This document shows positions 27,949 through 40,858 of a DNA stretch of 64,000 nucleotides, in pieces (positions within the stretch are counted from its first letter, which is position 1; every line of letters begins with the position of its first letter). The DNA is from Malacoraja senta (taxonomy: Eukaryota). The position numbers and the translations under genes are program-made. The DNA lies in contig CM075988.1 in the NCBI GenBank assembly GCA_038087875.1, positions 5,208,001-5,272,000 of the forward strand, written 5' to 3'. Below the pieces are notes generated by a model. The model had not been told where the DNA came from, did no database searches, and saw nothing but the letters and a program-made list of their open reading frames with translations.

Positions 27949-29340
27949 TTCGGGCATCAAAGATTATGGTGAGTAGGCAACAGAATGTGGTTGAGAGGAA
28001 AAAGTAAATCAGACATGACTGAATGGTGGAGCAGAATCAATGGGCGGAATGGCCTAATTCTGCTCCTATTTCTTATAAGGTCACAAGTGATAGGAGCAGA
28101 ATTAGGCCATTCAGCCCATCAAGTCTATTTCACCATTCAATCATGGCTAATCTATCTCTCCCTCCTAACCCCATTCTCCTGCCCTCTCCCCATAACCCCC
28201 CGACACCGGTACTAATCAAGATTATGCAACTGCAGAATCATGAGCTGAAACACAAAATGCTGGAGGAACTCAGCGGGTCAGGCAGCATCTGTGGAGGAGA
28301 TGGATACTTGTAAAAAAGAGCAGCAGGGATTAAAGGGAGAGAGCAGAAGTGTGGGATTAGGATAGAGGATTGGCTAGAGCAAGCTGAAAGGGCCAAATGG
28401 CCTGTTCCTGTTGCTATTTGCTACGGTTGTGTGTTGACTCGATGGCGAGCATGATGTTTAGGAAAGGAAGTTAGCACTTTCATTTTCTAATTCCAGTTGC
28501 CATGGAACCCAGGGAGACAGATGGTGAAGAGAACATGAATAACTGGAGGAGTGGAGCTCCCACCTTGCACCTGTCACTTTCCCCGAGCTCCCGCCGTGAC
28601 AAGATTCACTGTTTTATTGCAGCATTCCTGCAAAGTCTCGTTATATAGTGAATTATTCCCTGAAAACCAAAATAACAGTCACTAGAAAAATAGCCTGAAA
28701 ACTGTAGTCCAGGTTCAGGAGTAGCTATTATTGCAGTCATTAGGCTGTTAAACAACCTCCAAATAAGCTCTGAACTACATGGACTATCATTGTTATTATT
28801 GCACGATTATTGTTTATTTTTATGTGTGCGTGTGTGTGTATAGATACACACACTGAACTTATTTTCTTCTCAATTATTATATTGTTTACAGTGTACGATG
28901 TTTACATATTCTGTTGTGCTGCTGCAAGTAAGAATTTCATTGTTCTATCTGGGACATACGACAATAAAATACTCTTGTCTCTCTTCGCTCTTGACTCTTA
29001 ACATAATGGAATAAGGAACGATTGACCCACACAGTGCCTGGAGACTATCGAGCGGCAGCTCGAGATGGAGGCGCGGGAGACTGCAGATGCGGCAATCCTG
29101 AGCAAAACACTAAGTGCTGGAGGATATCCATGGGTCAGGCAGCATCGCTGGAGAGTGAAGAGTCTTATTGTCATTTGTCCCAGATAGAACAATGAAATTC
29201 CTACTTGCAGCAGCACAACAGAATATGTAAACCCAGTACACTGTAAACAATATGATAAACGAGAAATAAAGTTCATTGTGTGTATACTGTATATACACAT
29301 ACCCACATATACATTATAATGATATAATATATACATTTTA

Positions 29341-29436
29341 CATGTATGTGAGTATGTATGTGAGTATGTATGTGAGTATGTATGTGAGTGAGTATGTATG
29401 TGAGTATGTATGTGAGTGTGTATGTACAGTATGTGA
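29341..29436. repeat. (TATGTGAG/TATG) short tandem repeat
   Basis: Directly visible. Confidence 0.9.
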
Positions 29437-30049
29437 GGCAGCATCTGTGGAGGGAATGGACAGACAATATTCTTCGGACCGTTTTTTTAAGTAAACCAGC
29501 ATCTGCGGTTCCTTGTGTCATTCGGCTACGAAACGTGGTACGCAGAGTCCCGGAATCATACTGCACAGAAACAGGCTCTTCAGCCCAAATTGTCCATGTC
29601 GATCAACATGTCCCATCCAAGCCAGTCCCCTTTGCTGGCCTGGCCTACATTCCTCTAAACATTTCCTATCCATATACCTGTCCACAATTTTTCAAATTAT
29701 GTTACTGTACCTGCTCAGTTAGCTCCCCTAGCAGCTTGTTCCATATACCCATTACCCTCTGTGAGAAAATGTTACCCCTCAGGTTCCTATTACATCTTTC
29801 CCCTCTCCCATTCAAACCTAGACTCTCTAATTCTTGATTCCAAAGTTCAGGTAAAAGGCTGAAGTGCTTTCACTATACCTATTCCTCTCAAGATTTTAAA
29901 CATCTCTACAAGATCAACCCTCAGCCTCGTGCGCTCCAAGGAATAAAGTCCCAGTCTGCTCAACCTCCACCTATAGCTCAGGCCCTTGAGTCTTGCTGCA
30001 GCTTGCAATGAGATTTTCCTCCCTCCAGCTTTGTATTTCACTCCTCCTC

Positions 30050-30368
30050 TTAGTTTAGTTTAGTTTTATAGATACAGCACGGAAACAGGCCCTTCAGCCC
30101 ACCGAGTCTGCACCGACCAGCGATCCCCACACGTTAACACTATCCTACACACACACTAGGAACAATTTACATTTTATACCAAGCCAATTAACCTGCAAAC
30201 CTCAAGGTCTTTTGGAGTGTGGGAGGAAACCAAAGATCTCGGAGTAAACCCACGTGGTCACAGGGAGAACGGGCAAATTTCGTACAGACAAGCACCTGTA
30301 GTCAGGATCGAACCCACGTCTCTGGCGCTGTAAGGCAGCAATTTTACCGCTACACCACCATGCCGCCC
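30050..30368 (-). mobile_element. V-SINE
   Basis: Full-length reverse copy. Confidence 0.85.
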
Positions 30369-30961
30369 AGCCATTCCATCCTCAAGTTCCTCCAGCACTG
30401 TTTATTTTTTAAGCATTCCATGTCCTCTCCATCTGTTTAGCGGGCTCTCAATGTGTATCAGTAACAAAGCTCATCGGTGTTTCACCGTATCTCCCTACAT
30501 GTAACAATAACAATACCAAGAAACAAAATGCCAGTCTTAAATGACTGTCCCCTCATTGATTCTGTGCCTTGTTATTCCCAGGTGCAGGAGCATGATGTTG
30601 GTCATTAGCTTCTAGTGTAACACACTGGGACTGAAACTATAAAAAACACTTCACAAACCCATTGTCCAAAATATATAGTCCTTGTAACATTCACTTCACA
30701 TCGAGCAGCCTTTGTTACATCACCGTCAAGTTTCACGAGTCAACAGCTGTTATATGTACTGACAAAGGAACAATTAAATTCTTACTTGCAACAGCATTAC
30801 AGAAAAGCCTCTCATGACTTGGGGTGCATTCCTAAGGGTTACTCTGCATTTTCAACCTATAATATGGAACTGGTTAGCAAAGGTGGCTTGGTAAACAGCA
30901 CTTGTTTAATATGGAAATATTTGATCTGTTGAGCACCAACTGTTATGAGATATTTCACAGG

Positions 30962-31273
30962 AGGGCAGCACAGTGGCACAGTGGTAGAGTCACTGCCTTA
31001 CAGCACCAGACACCCGGGTTCGATCCTGACTACTGGTGCTGTCTGTGCAGAATTTGTATGTTCTCCCCATAACCTGCGTGGGTTTAATGTTCGGTTTCCT
31101 CTCACACTCCAAGATTTGTACAGGTTTGTAGGTTAATTGGCTTGGTGCAAATGTAAATTTGTCACCTCGTGTGTGTGTAGGGTAGTGTTAATGTGCGGGG
31201 ATCACTGGTAGGCGCGGACTCAATGGGCCTAAGGGCCTGGTTCGCACTGTATCTCTAAACTAAACTAAACTAA
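30962..31273 (+). mobile_element. V-SINE
   Basis: Starts GGGCAGCACAGTGGCACAGTGG; B box, V-domain and tail present. Confidence 0.85.
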
Positions 31274-31285
31274 AAGTCGTAGTTC

Positions 31286-31394
31286 CTTCTTCTTCTTCTT
31301 GGCGTGCACAGCCTAAAGTTGTAGGACAACTTGATCTATTTGATCTTATTTGATTGCATTCGTCGAAACAGGGAAGGTTGCAATCTTCCACCCC
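31286..31394 (-). mobile_element. Short (GAA)n-tailed retroposon, probably RTE-mobilised, with HDV-like ribozyme remnant at the 5' end
   Basis: (GAA)n tail at 31286-31300; AGTCGT on both flanks; 5' end GGGGTGG-AA-GATTGCA...CGAA-TGCAATC. Confidence 0.6.
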
Positions 31395-31724
31395 AGTCGT
31401 TCTTTCTGAGAAGCGCAACTGTATCTAAAACCAGGTACCTTCACCATTCACTTGGTTAACCAATGTAACATTGTCAAATTTTCAACGTTTTGTTTGTATG
31501 AAAAGATACAGCACCACTGACTCCATGCCGATCATCGCACACCATTCACACCATTGCTATGTTATCCCACTTTTGCAACCAGGCCCTACATCCTAGTGGC
31601 AATTTACAGAGACCAATTAATGACAAACCCACATGTATTTGGGCTACGGGAGGAAACTGGAGCTTCTGGAGGAAAGTCATACAGTCGCAGGGAGAACGTG
31701 TGAATTCCACACGGGCAGTCACCA

Positions 31725-33516
31725 TTTTTTTTTAACAAAAATTATTTAATCAATTATTAATATTTACAGTCCAAAATTAAACGAAACAAAACCCACCACC
31801 ATAATACAGGACAAACAAATATACTAAATAAACTATTATACAACTATATTACAATCCTTATTGAGAATGACTTCCACCCCGCGCGGAGTCCAACAGTCCC
31901 GGAAATCCCGCAGGGCACTCGTGGACAGCGCGTAGTCCCTCTAGAGTACCACCTGGGCGTGGACCTAATGCCGGAAAAGGGGCAGGCAGCCGGATCGGGC
32001 AGAACCCTCTTCCGCCTGGCGCCGTGAGTCACGGATGGCCAGCTTGGCCAGGCCCAGGAGCAACCCAACCAGGACATCTTCAGCCCTACCCTCTCCCCTA
32101 CGCACAGGGTGTCCATAGATGAGGATGGTGGGTGTGAAGTGCAGCCAGAAGGCAAGGAGCAGCCCCTTTAGGTATTGAAACAGTGGCTGCAGCCTCACAC
32201 ACTCCATATATACGTGGAACACAGACTCTTCCAGCCCGCAACCGTGGCATGCGGCTGGCGAGTCTGTGAACCACGAGAGAAACAGGTTGCAGGGAACTCC
32301 TCGGTGCAATACCCTCCACCCCAGGTCCCCGATGTAGAGGGGGAGAATCCCTGCGTAGAGGGACTCCCACTGAGGGGCCCCCTCGGACCGGAAGGCAACA
32401 CCGACCGCCACTTTGTGTGCGGACGGCGGACCAGGAAAAGGAAGTGCAGGGTGTGGAGGAGGAGCCCTTATAGGACACGCCTCCCTTCGTCCGGGAGGGA
32501 GATGAAGGGTGTCGAGGAAAGGCGGCTCAGGTTGTGTGGGACTGGCTCCCGAGAGGGATTACGGCGCTTGGGTCCGACGAGTACTTCTGGCTGAGCGGGG
32601 GTTTGCTCAGCCGCGGGTACTCCACACGTTTGAGCCCCCCCACGACACCCGGACAAGGGCTGGCCGCTCCCATGAGGGGGCCTCGTCGATGGCAATCAGG
32701 TTCCAGACTCTCAACAAGTCCCGGTAAAAGCCGGGCATCCTCTGCAGGACCGCACGGCTGACCCACCATCGGTATCCGCGTACCTCCTTGAAGACAGCGG
32801 CCCTGTTGGAAAAAGCTCGTCGCCAGCACGTGCCACCTGGGAGGATGTCCAGAGTACAGGTATCTCTGCAGGGTCCTGAGGCGGAGAGCCGGCAGTTGGG
32901 TGCGGATGCACACCAGCGACTGACCGCCCTCCTCGATCGGGAGACTTAGGTCCGCTGCAGAGACCCAGTGCTTTCCGTTGCCCCTGAAGATAGTCCACCA
33001 ACTTCTTCTGGATGATCCCAGCAAAGGTGGCCGATGGGACCAGGGTGGTCAACCGGTACCAGAGCCAGCAGTTGGTTAATGACCAAAGCCATGCTCCGGT
33101 AGGAAAGCACTCTGAGGAGACCCGACCAGCGCCCCAGCCGGGGCTCCTGCCAGTGCGCCAGATTGGTCTCTGCAACTGGACTCAGGGAGACGCCCAAGTA
33201 GAAGAGGTGCATGGTGCGCCACGTGAAAGGCCACATCTCCTCTGGTAGTCCACCTGCCAATTTCCCCCTGTTGATCCTAGCAGAGGAAGCGGCAGAGAAG
33301 ACCCGTTGGCACTCGCGCATCCTCTGCAGGTCGACGGGGTCAGTGACCATGAGGAGCACGTCATTAGCATAGGCTGAGAGGACCACCTCCATGTCCGGCT
33401 CACGTAGAACCATGCCCGTCAACCTCCTCCAAAGCAGACTAAGGAATGGCTCCACGCAGATGACGTACAGTTGTCCGGACATGGGGCAGCCCTGATGTAC
33501 TCCTCAGCGGAAGGGA
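31725..33516 (-). mobile_element. 5'-truncated Tx1-clade (L1 group) non-LTR retrotransposon with disrupted ORF2
   Basis: GVHQGCPMSGQLYVICVEPFL...LSAYANDV RT motifs; C-terminal GDLGWRVLH...CHGCGLEESVFHVYMEC zinc knuckle; poly(A) (T run 31725-31733); frameshifts. Confidence 0.88.
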
Positions 33517-33825
33517 ATGCATGATGGTGCAGCGGCAGAGCTACTGCCTTACAGCGCCAGACACCCGTGTTCGATCCCCACAAAGGGTGCTGTCTGGATG
33601 GAGTTTGTACGTTCTCCCCGTAACCGCGTGGGTTTACTCCGAGATCTTCTGTTTCCTCCCACACTCTAAAGACGTACAGGTTTGTAGGTTAATTTTAAGG
33701 AGTTTGGCAGGTCAGGGAGGATGAGTTCAGGGGGATATTCGCCTACAACCTATCTGGATCTCCACCCACTCCCTCACGGTCTTCTCCAGCTGGCGCCTTC
33801 TAAAACTAAACTAAACTAAGACAGC

Positions 33826-34032
33826 ACTGTGCCGGGCCACTGTGCCGGGCCACTGTGACGGGCCACTGTGCCGGGCCACTGTGCCGGGCCACTGTGCCGG
33901 GCCACTGTGACGGGCCACTGTGCCGGGCCACTGTGCCGGGCCACTGTGCCGGGCCACTGTGCCGGGCCACTGTGCCGGGCCACTGTGCCGGGCCACTGTG
34001 CCGGGCCACTGTGCCGGGCCACTGTGCTGCCC
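33826..34032. repeat. 13-bp minisatellite (GCCGGGCCACTGT)n, ~15 copies
   Basis: Directly visible. Confidence 0.95.
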
Positions 34033-34373
34033 TACTTCACGTAGGTCAATCAGAACCATCATGTTGCATTGAAAGTGGAAAAGAATGTTTAATCAGAAGG
34101 AAACTCTACACTCAATAACTAAAATAGAACAGTTTTCAACAGGTTCCTGGGCAAGGAATCTACTGTTATGGGCTCAGAGAAATATTTTTATAAAACCTTT
34201 GAATCCAGTTTTTTTAGGAGAGAAATTAAAAATGTAATTGATTTCATGCTCTGGATCAGAGGGTGGAGCAGAGTTAATGGCAATGAGCCACAACATGCAG
34301 GAACAGTCAAGAGAGTTCTTGCATGCTGCAGCTTTACAGGCACAGAAAATGCAACAACACAACAAATCAGTTA

Positions 34374-36521
34374 TCTATATATTACTAAAATTCTCATCTT
34401 GTTTGTTTGTCTGTCTGTGTGCGTGTCTGTGATAGAAACATAGAAACATAGAAACATAGAAAGTAGGTGCGAGAGTAGACCACCAGGCCCATCGAGCCCG
34501 CACCGCCATTCGCTCATGGCTGAACACCAAACAGGCACCCTTACCCACAAACAGTAGACACAAGACACAGAACACAAGACACTACCCTCCCCTTTATATC
34601 GCTATCACCCCTCTCCACCCCAAGAACCGCGTGATCTCCTGGGGGAGGCAAAAAAACGGATAAAAACCCAGGTCCAATTCGGGAAATAAATCCGGGAAAT
34701 TCCTCTCCGACCCCAATCCAGGCGATCGACACTTGTCCAGGAGATCACTCAGGTCTTACTATACTAACCATACCTAGGTCCATATCCCTGCCCTCTCCCC
34801 GTAGCCCCTTATCCCCTTGGCAGCTAAAAAAACATCTATTTTAGACTTAAATATATTTAATATTTCTGCTTCCACTGCTCCCTGGGGCAGTGAATTCCAT
34901 AAATTAACCACCCTCTGGGTGAAGAAGTTCTTCCTCATCTCAGTTTTAAAAGAGCCCCCTCTTATTCTACAACTATGTCCCCTAGTTCTAGTTTCCCCGA
35001 TCATTGGGAACATCCTCGGTGCATCCACCCGATCAAGGCCCCTCACGATCTTATATGTTTCAATGAGATCGCCTCTCATTCTTCTAAACTCCAAAGAGTA
35101 GAGTTCCAGCCTACTTAACCTTTCCTCATATGTCAATCCCCTCATTGCAGGAATTAATCTTGTAAACCTTCGCTGCACTGCCTCCAGGGCCAGTACATCC
35201 TTTCTTAAGTATGGACCCCAGAACTGTACACAGTATTCCAAATGTGGTCTCACTAATACTGTGTACAGCTGCAGCAAGACCTCCGTGTTTTTATACTCAA
35301 TCCCCCTAGCAATAAAGGCCAAAACTCCATTGGCCTTCCTGATTGCTTGCTGCACCTGCATACTAACGTTTAGTGATTCATGTACTACTACCCCTAGATC
35401 CCTTTGCGTTGCATTACAACGCAGCTCCACCTCATTTAGAAAATAACTTGCCCTATCATTTTTTTTCCCAAAGTGAATGACTTCACATTTATTAGTATTA
35501 AATTTCATCTGCCAAGTTGTTGCCCACTCACCTAGCTTATCTATATCCTTTTGCAGACTCTTCCTATCCTCCTCATCCCCTACTTTTCCTCCCATTTTTG
35601 TATCGTCCGCAAATTTTGATATATTACACTTGGTTCCCTCCTCCAAATCATTTATATAAATTGTGAACAACTGGGGTCCCAGCACCGACCCTTGCGGAAC
35701 CCCGCTAGTTACCGGTTGCCATCCCGAGTATGAACCATTTATCCCCACTCTCTGCTTCCTATTTGTTAGCCAATCCTCTACCCATGCTAATATATTACCC
35801 CCAATCCCATAATTTTTTGAGTGTGATCCTGAAATTAAGCCAAAACAATACACGATAGCGCTACAATTTTTGGCCCACTTTACTCACCATTGTCCTGTGG
35901 TGTGTTGCATCAAGTTTCATTCAGAGTGATGGTATATTTTACAAATTATTCACATTTTAAACTTTATAAAAACCACTTTGACAATAAACCTCTTCCGTCT
36001 GCACTGGCGTCTGACGTCACAATGGGATCTCATTTAAATATACTGCCCATCAACAGTACTCCATCCTACAATGACATCACAATGGGATCTCATTTACATT
36101 TAAAAAATTGAATTTAAAAAAACACAGCAGCGTTCCACCTCAAAATGTCGTCAAGGGGGTAGGGAGGTGAGAGGGGTTATGGAGGGAGGGAGCGAGTGAC
36201 AGGGTAGGGTAAAGGAGAGGGAGGGAGAGGTAAGGGAGGGAGGGGAGGAGGTGAGGGGAAAGAAGAGAGAGGGTGAAGAGCAGGGGGATGAAGTGCTGGG
36301 GATGAGGGGGAATGGAGGAGGATAGGGGTAGGAAGAGGAATGGCGAGGCGCACTTGGGGAGGGTCGCAGTGAGTCGAGTCACAAAGGGGATCTCTGGCAT
36401 CACAATGGGAACCTGTCAGCCGCGCCTGTGCAGTTGGGGGCTATGGGTGAGTGGTAGAATATTGCATTCGGGGACCAGCCCTCCCGTGTGATAGGGACCC
36501 AGCGGGTCCCACTTGGTCTAG
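34374..36521 (+). mobile_element. Non-autonomous Helitron interrupted by a CR1 insertion
   Basis: 5' A|TCTATATATTACTAAAA followed by a GTTT/GTCT microsatellite; 3' hairpin GGGACCC-AGC-GGGTCCC (36494-36510) then CTAG|T; no TSD. Confidence 0.82.
34433..35820 (-). mobile_element. 5'-truncated CR1-clade LINE with intact RT/C-terminal ORF
   Basis: ORF 34774..35853 has SGVPQGSVLGP, FADDTK, RPHLEYCVQFW and TRGH without stops; 3' UTR and (TTTCTATG)n tail at 34433-34460. Confidence 0.93.
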
Positions 36522-37519
36522 TATTAGATAAAACAGACCACAATATTGCAAGCCAAAGTACCCAGTGCAATAGTCATAGAGGCATGCAGCATGGAAACAG
36601 GTCTTTCGGCCCATCTTCTCCATGCCGACCAACATGCCCCATCTACACTAGTCCCACGTGACCCATAACCATCTCATTCTATTAAATCCATGAACCTGTC
36701 CAAATGTATCTTCAATGTTATGATAGTACCAGCCTCAACTACCTCCTCCAGCAGCTTGTTCCCTACACCCACCACACTTTGTGTAAAACAATTACCCCTC
36801 AGGTTCCTATTAAATCTTTCCCCTCTCAAGTTGAATTAAATGGACACAAAGTACCAAAACAAAGCAGTAACATGACTTGATGTTCATCGTAGTTTGGTGC
36901 TGGGGCATGAGTTGTAGTTATGGTTATGCAAAATAGTTGAGGAAGCAGTTCTTTGATAGAGAGATGTTGTTCTTGAACCTGGAGGTTATGGTTTTCAGAC
37001 TCCTGTACCTTCTTCCCGATGGTAGAAGTGAGATGAGAGTGTGGACCGGGTGATGTTCATCTTCGATGATATTAGCTGCTGTCTTGAGGCAACACTTCCT
37101 GTAGATCCCTCAATGGTGGAGATGTCTATACATATAGTGGACTGGGCAATGTCCACCACTTTCTGCAGCTTCCTTCAATCCTGGGTGTTAGAATTACCAA
37201 ACAAGGCCATGATGCAACCAGTCAGTAGATTTTCAACCACACATTTATCATTCAGAGATCATTCAGATAAGTAAAAGGTGCACTGGGGCAGATGTTAGTC
37301 TAGTTATTTTAGACTTACTGCACGGAAACAGGCCCTTTGGCCCAGCGATCCCCGTACACAAATATTATTCTACACACACTCGGGACAATTCACAATTTAA
37401 CCAAGGAAATTAACCTACAAACCCACACAGGTCACAGGTGATAATGTACAAACTCCGTACAGACAGCACCCTGGGTCTGGATGGAAACAGGGTCCCTTGC
37501 GTGTAAGGCAGCAACTCGT

Positions 37520-37926
37520 TCCGCAATAACCAACCTGACCTCCCGGTGGCTCAGCACTTCAACTCCCCCTCCCATTCCGTATCTGACCTCTCTGTCCTGG
37601 GTCTCCTCCATGGCCACAGCGAGCAACACCGTAAATTGGAGGAAATGCACCTCATATTCCGCTTGGGCAGTCTACATCCTGGGGGTTTGAACATTGAATT
37701 CTCCCAATTCTGCTAGCCCTTGCTGTCCCCTCCCCTTCATCAGCCATCTGGTTGTCTCCTCCCCTCCCCCAGCCCTCGGGCTCCTCCTCCGCCTTTTTCC
37801 TTTTTTCCTTTCTTCTCCCCACCCCCTATCAGTCTGAAGAAGGGTTTCGGCCCGAAACGTTACCTATTTCCTTCGCTCCATAGATGCTGCTGCACCCGCT
37901 GAGTTTCTCCAGCATTTTTGTGTACC
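37520..37926 (+). mobile_element. Penelope-like element 3' fragment (GIY-YIG C-terminus plus hammerhead-like motif)
   Basis: NNQPDLPVAQHFNSPSHSVSDLSVLGLLHGHSEQHRKLEEMHLIFRLGSLHPGGLNIEF, followed by CTGAAGA-A-GGGTTTCGGCCC-GAAACGTT at 37834-37861. Confidence 0.85.
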
Positions 37927-38767
37927 AGCAACTCAACAATGCCGCCCTGTATTTAAAATAAGGGTGAGAGTCATTTTGAAATGATATCAGCATCAAAATA
38001 TGAATTTTCACTCATCATCCTCTTGTGTTTTGATTCTGTTTGTTTCAAGCAGTGGGTGGCTCAGCAGTGACAGTAAACATTGCGACTTCAAAGAGAATCA
38101 TTACACTTCACTGGGTTTCAATTTTGAGTGCAGGTATTTTAATAATTCTGATTTTCCAATTTACTAGACATGAGCAATTTGACACTTAATTTGATTTTCT
38201 AAAAAAATAGAATTGAGAAGATAGATTTGGATTTTGACTTCACTGCTAGCCAACTTCTGAAAGGAAAACTAATAGATTGAGTACAGGCAAGTCGAAGACA
38301 AGATTGGTATTGACTTGAGCAATCTAAAATCAGGTCATCGCCTTTGTTGATAGCAGGGCACGTTTCCTGTGAGTTGTGTGCCTACTCCTGCACCTATTGT
38401 CTATTGTCTATATTTAAAAATAGCGGAGTCAGGGGATATGGGGAGAAGGCAGGAACGGTGTACTGATTGGGGATGATCAGCCATGATCACATTGAATGGC
38501 GGTGCTGGCTCGAAGGGCCGAATGGCCTACTCCTGCACCTATTGTCTATTGTCTATTGTCTATTGTGTTAATTAATTTTTATCGAAATCCCCTTAGTTGT
38601 GAGATATATGTTTTGATCTCAAAAAAATGTATTGACTCAGCACTAAATATCTGGGAAACATCTATACTGGATGATCACTAATAATTTTTTCATTGATAAT
38701 TCAGTAATGTCATTTCCCAGTCTTCCCCTCTAATTCTTGGCAAGCTGAATGACTAATTTGCCGGGAA

Positions 38768-39310
38768 TCGACACACATTGCTGGAGTAACTAAGTGGCTG
38801 AAACAGCATCTCCAGAGAAAAGGAATAGGTGACGTTTCAGGACGAGACCCTTCTTCAGAGTGAGAATCAGGGGAGAGGGAAACTAGAGGCATGAAATGGG
38901 ACAGAACAAATCAGAGCCAGCACCGATGGCCAAGGAAAGGTGGAGCCCACAATAGTCCATTGTTGGCTGTGGAGTAGGCGATAAACAAGAGATACGAACA
39001 GTGCAAATAGTAGGATGACTAGGGTGGTGGAGGGACAGAGAGAGGGGGAATGCAAGGGTTACTTGAAATTAAAGAAATCAATATTCATATCACAGGGGTG
39101 TGAGCTGCCCAAGCGAAATATGAGGTGCTGTTCCTCCAATTTGCGCTGGGCCTCACTGTGACAGTGGAGGAGGCCCAGGACAGAAAGCTCAATGTGGGAA
39201 TGGGAAGGGGAATTAAATGTTTGGCAACCAGGAGATCAGGTAGGCCAAGGTGGACTGAGCGGAGGTGTTCAGAGAAATGATCACCCAGTCTGATCTTGGT
39301 CTCACCAAGC
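38768..39310 (-). mobile_element. Penelope-like element 3' fragment
   Basis: GETKIRLGDHFSEHLRSV...LSVLGLLHCHSEAQRKLEEQHLIFRLG (frameshifted); same hammerhead-like end at ~38830-38858. Confidence 0.82.
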
Positions 39311-40069
39311 TCTACCAACACTTCTCTAGCTAGATAGGGCTCTTAAAAATAGCAGAGTCAGGGGATATGGGGAGAAGGCAGGAACGGGGTACTGATTGGG
39401 GATAATCAGCCATGATCACATTGAATGGCGGTGCTGGCTCGAAGGGCCAAATGGCCTACTCCTGCACCTATTGTCTATTGTCTATTCTCCATACCATATT
39501 CTGGGACTAACCACAGCACCGGAGACCCGGGTTCGATCCCGACTATGGGTGCTGTGTGTACGGAGTTTATACGTTCTCCCTGGGACCGCGTGGGTTTTGT
39601 CCGGGATGTTTCACTTTCCTCCCACACTCGAAAGACATCCAGTTTTGTAGGTAAATTGGCTTTGTATAAGTGTAAATTGTGCCTAGTGTGTGAAGGATTG
39701 TGTTAATATGCGGGGATCACAGGTCGGTACAGACCTGGTGGGCCGAAGGGCCTGATTCCACGCTGTATCTCTGGACTAAACTAAACTAAACACCTGTGAC
39801 CTTTCAGACTGGTATAATTGGCGATTAGATTTATGACTTTTAGTATATAACTAAGTCAGGTATTTTTTCTTTCAATTTTGGTGACCTTCATGATGGAAGT
39901 CAGAGCAGGTCTTCCATCAAGGAAGGCCATTAATCCAAGGAAAAACATTCCATCCATTAATCCACTGATAATTCTCACATGATTCTGCTAAGTCAGCCAT
40001 TTCAGTTGCTGCACCAACACAACACTTCTGGCAATCCAGCGACTTTCACAGCAAGTACAATCACGATTA

Positions 40070-40830
40070 ATCACAATCACAATTACAATAATATTTTATT
40101 AGCCAAGTATGTTTTGCAACATACGAGGAATTTCATTTGCCAAGTCAGTCATACAAATAAAAAGCAACTGAACACACAAAATACATTTTAACATAAACAT
40201 CCACCACAGTGACTCCTCCATGTCCTCACTGTGATGGAAGACAAAAAAATGTTCAATCTCTTCTCTTCTTTGTTCTCCCGCTGTCGGGGGCCTCGAGCCT
40301 TCCGTTGACGGGATGATCTTGACTCCCTTAGCCGGCGGCGTTTGGGCCCTCCGCATCGGAGCGATCAGTCTCCTGCATCGGGGGGATGTCAGCTTCCCCA
40401 CGCCGGCGATTGGACACCGGGTCAGGGCTGGTCAAGCCTCTGCTTCGTTGGAGCTCCCGACTCGGCCGCACCCAATTGTGAGCTCTCAATGGTAAAGTCC
40501 GCAGGCCACGGTTGGAGTGATCCCAGGGAAGGGATCAGCTCTGATGTTAGTCCGCGCCCCATGGTGGGGCTCAAAGTCAGTCCACGGAGGCTTCCAGCTC
40601 CATCGATGTTAGGCCGCAGAGCGACCGGGGATGCGACCCGGAAAACAATTGCATCTCCGGCAAGGTAAGAGACTGAAAAAAAGTTTCCCCCGACCCCTCC
40701 TCCTCGCCCCACATAAAACAAACTGGAGAACATTTACACAAACTTTTAAAACACACTAAAAATAAAAATAAAAAGACGAAAAAATGGACAGACTGTTGGC
40801 GGGGCTGCCAATTGTGCGGCGCCCCTGGTC
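40070..40830 (-). mobile_element. Non-coding GC-rich retroposon (probable non-autonomous LINE derivative)
   Basis: (TTGTGA/TTGTAA) tail and 3' end similar to 43745-43935; no convincing ORF. Confidence 0.5.
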
Positions 40831-40858
40831 GTAACGCTTATCCATCACATACTATTTA

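Noticed and set aside
34774..35853. Intact 359-aa RT ORF as a domesticated gene
   Set aside because: 5'-truncated CR1 with its own 3' UTR and tail; the first residues come from Helitron flank. Intactness is explained by youth.
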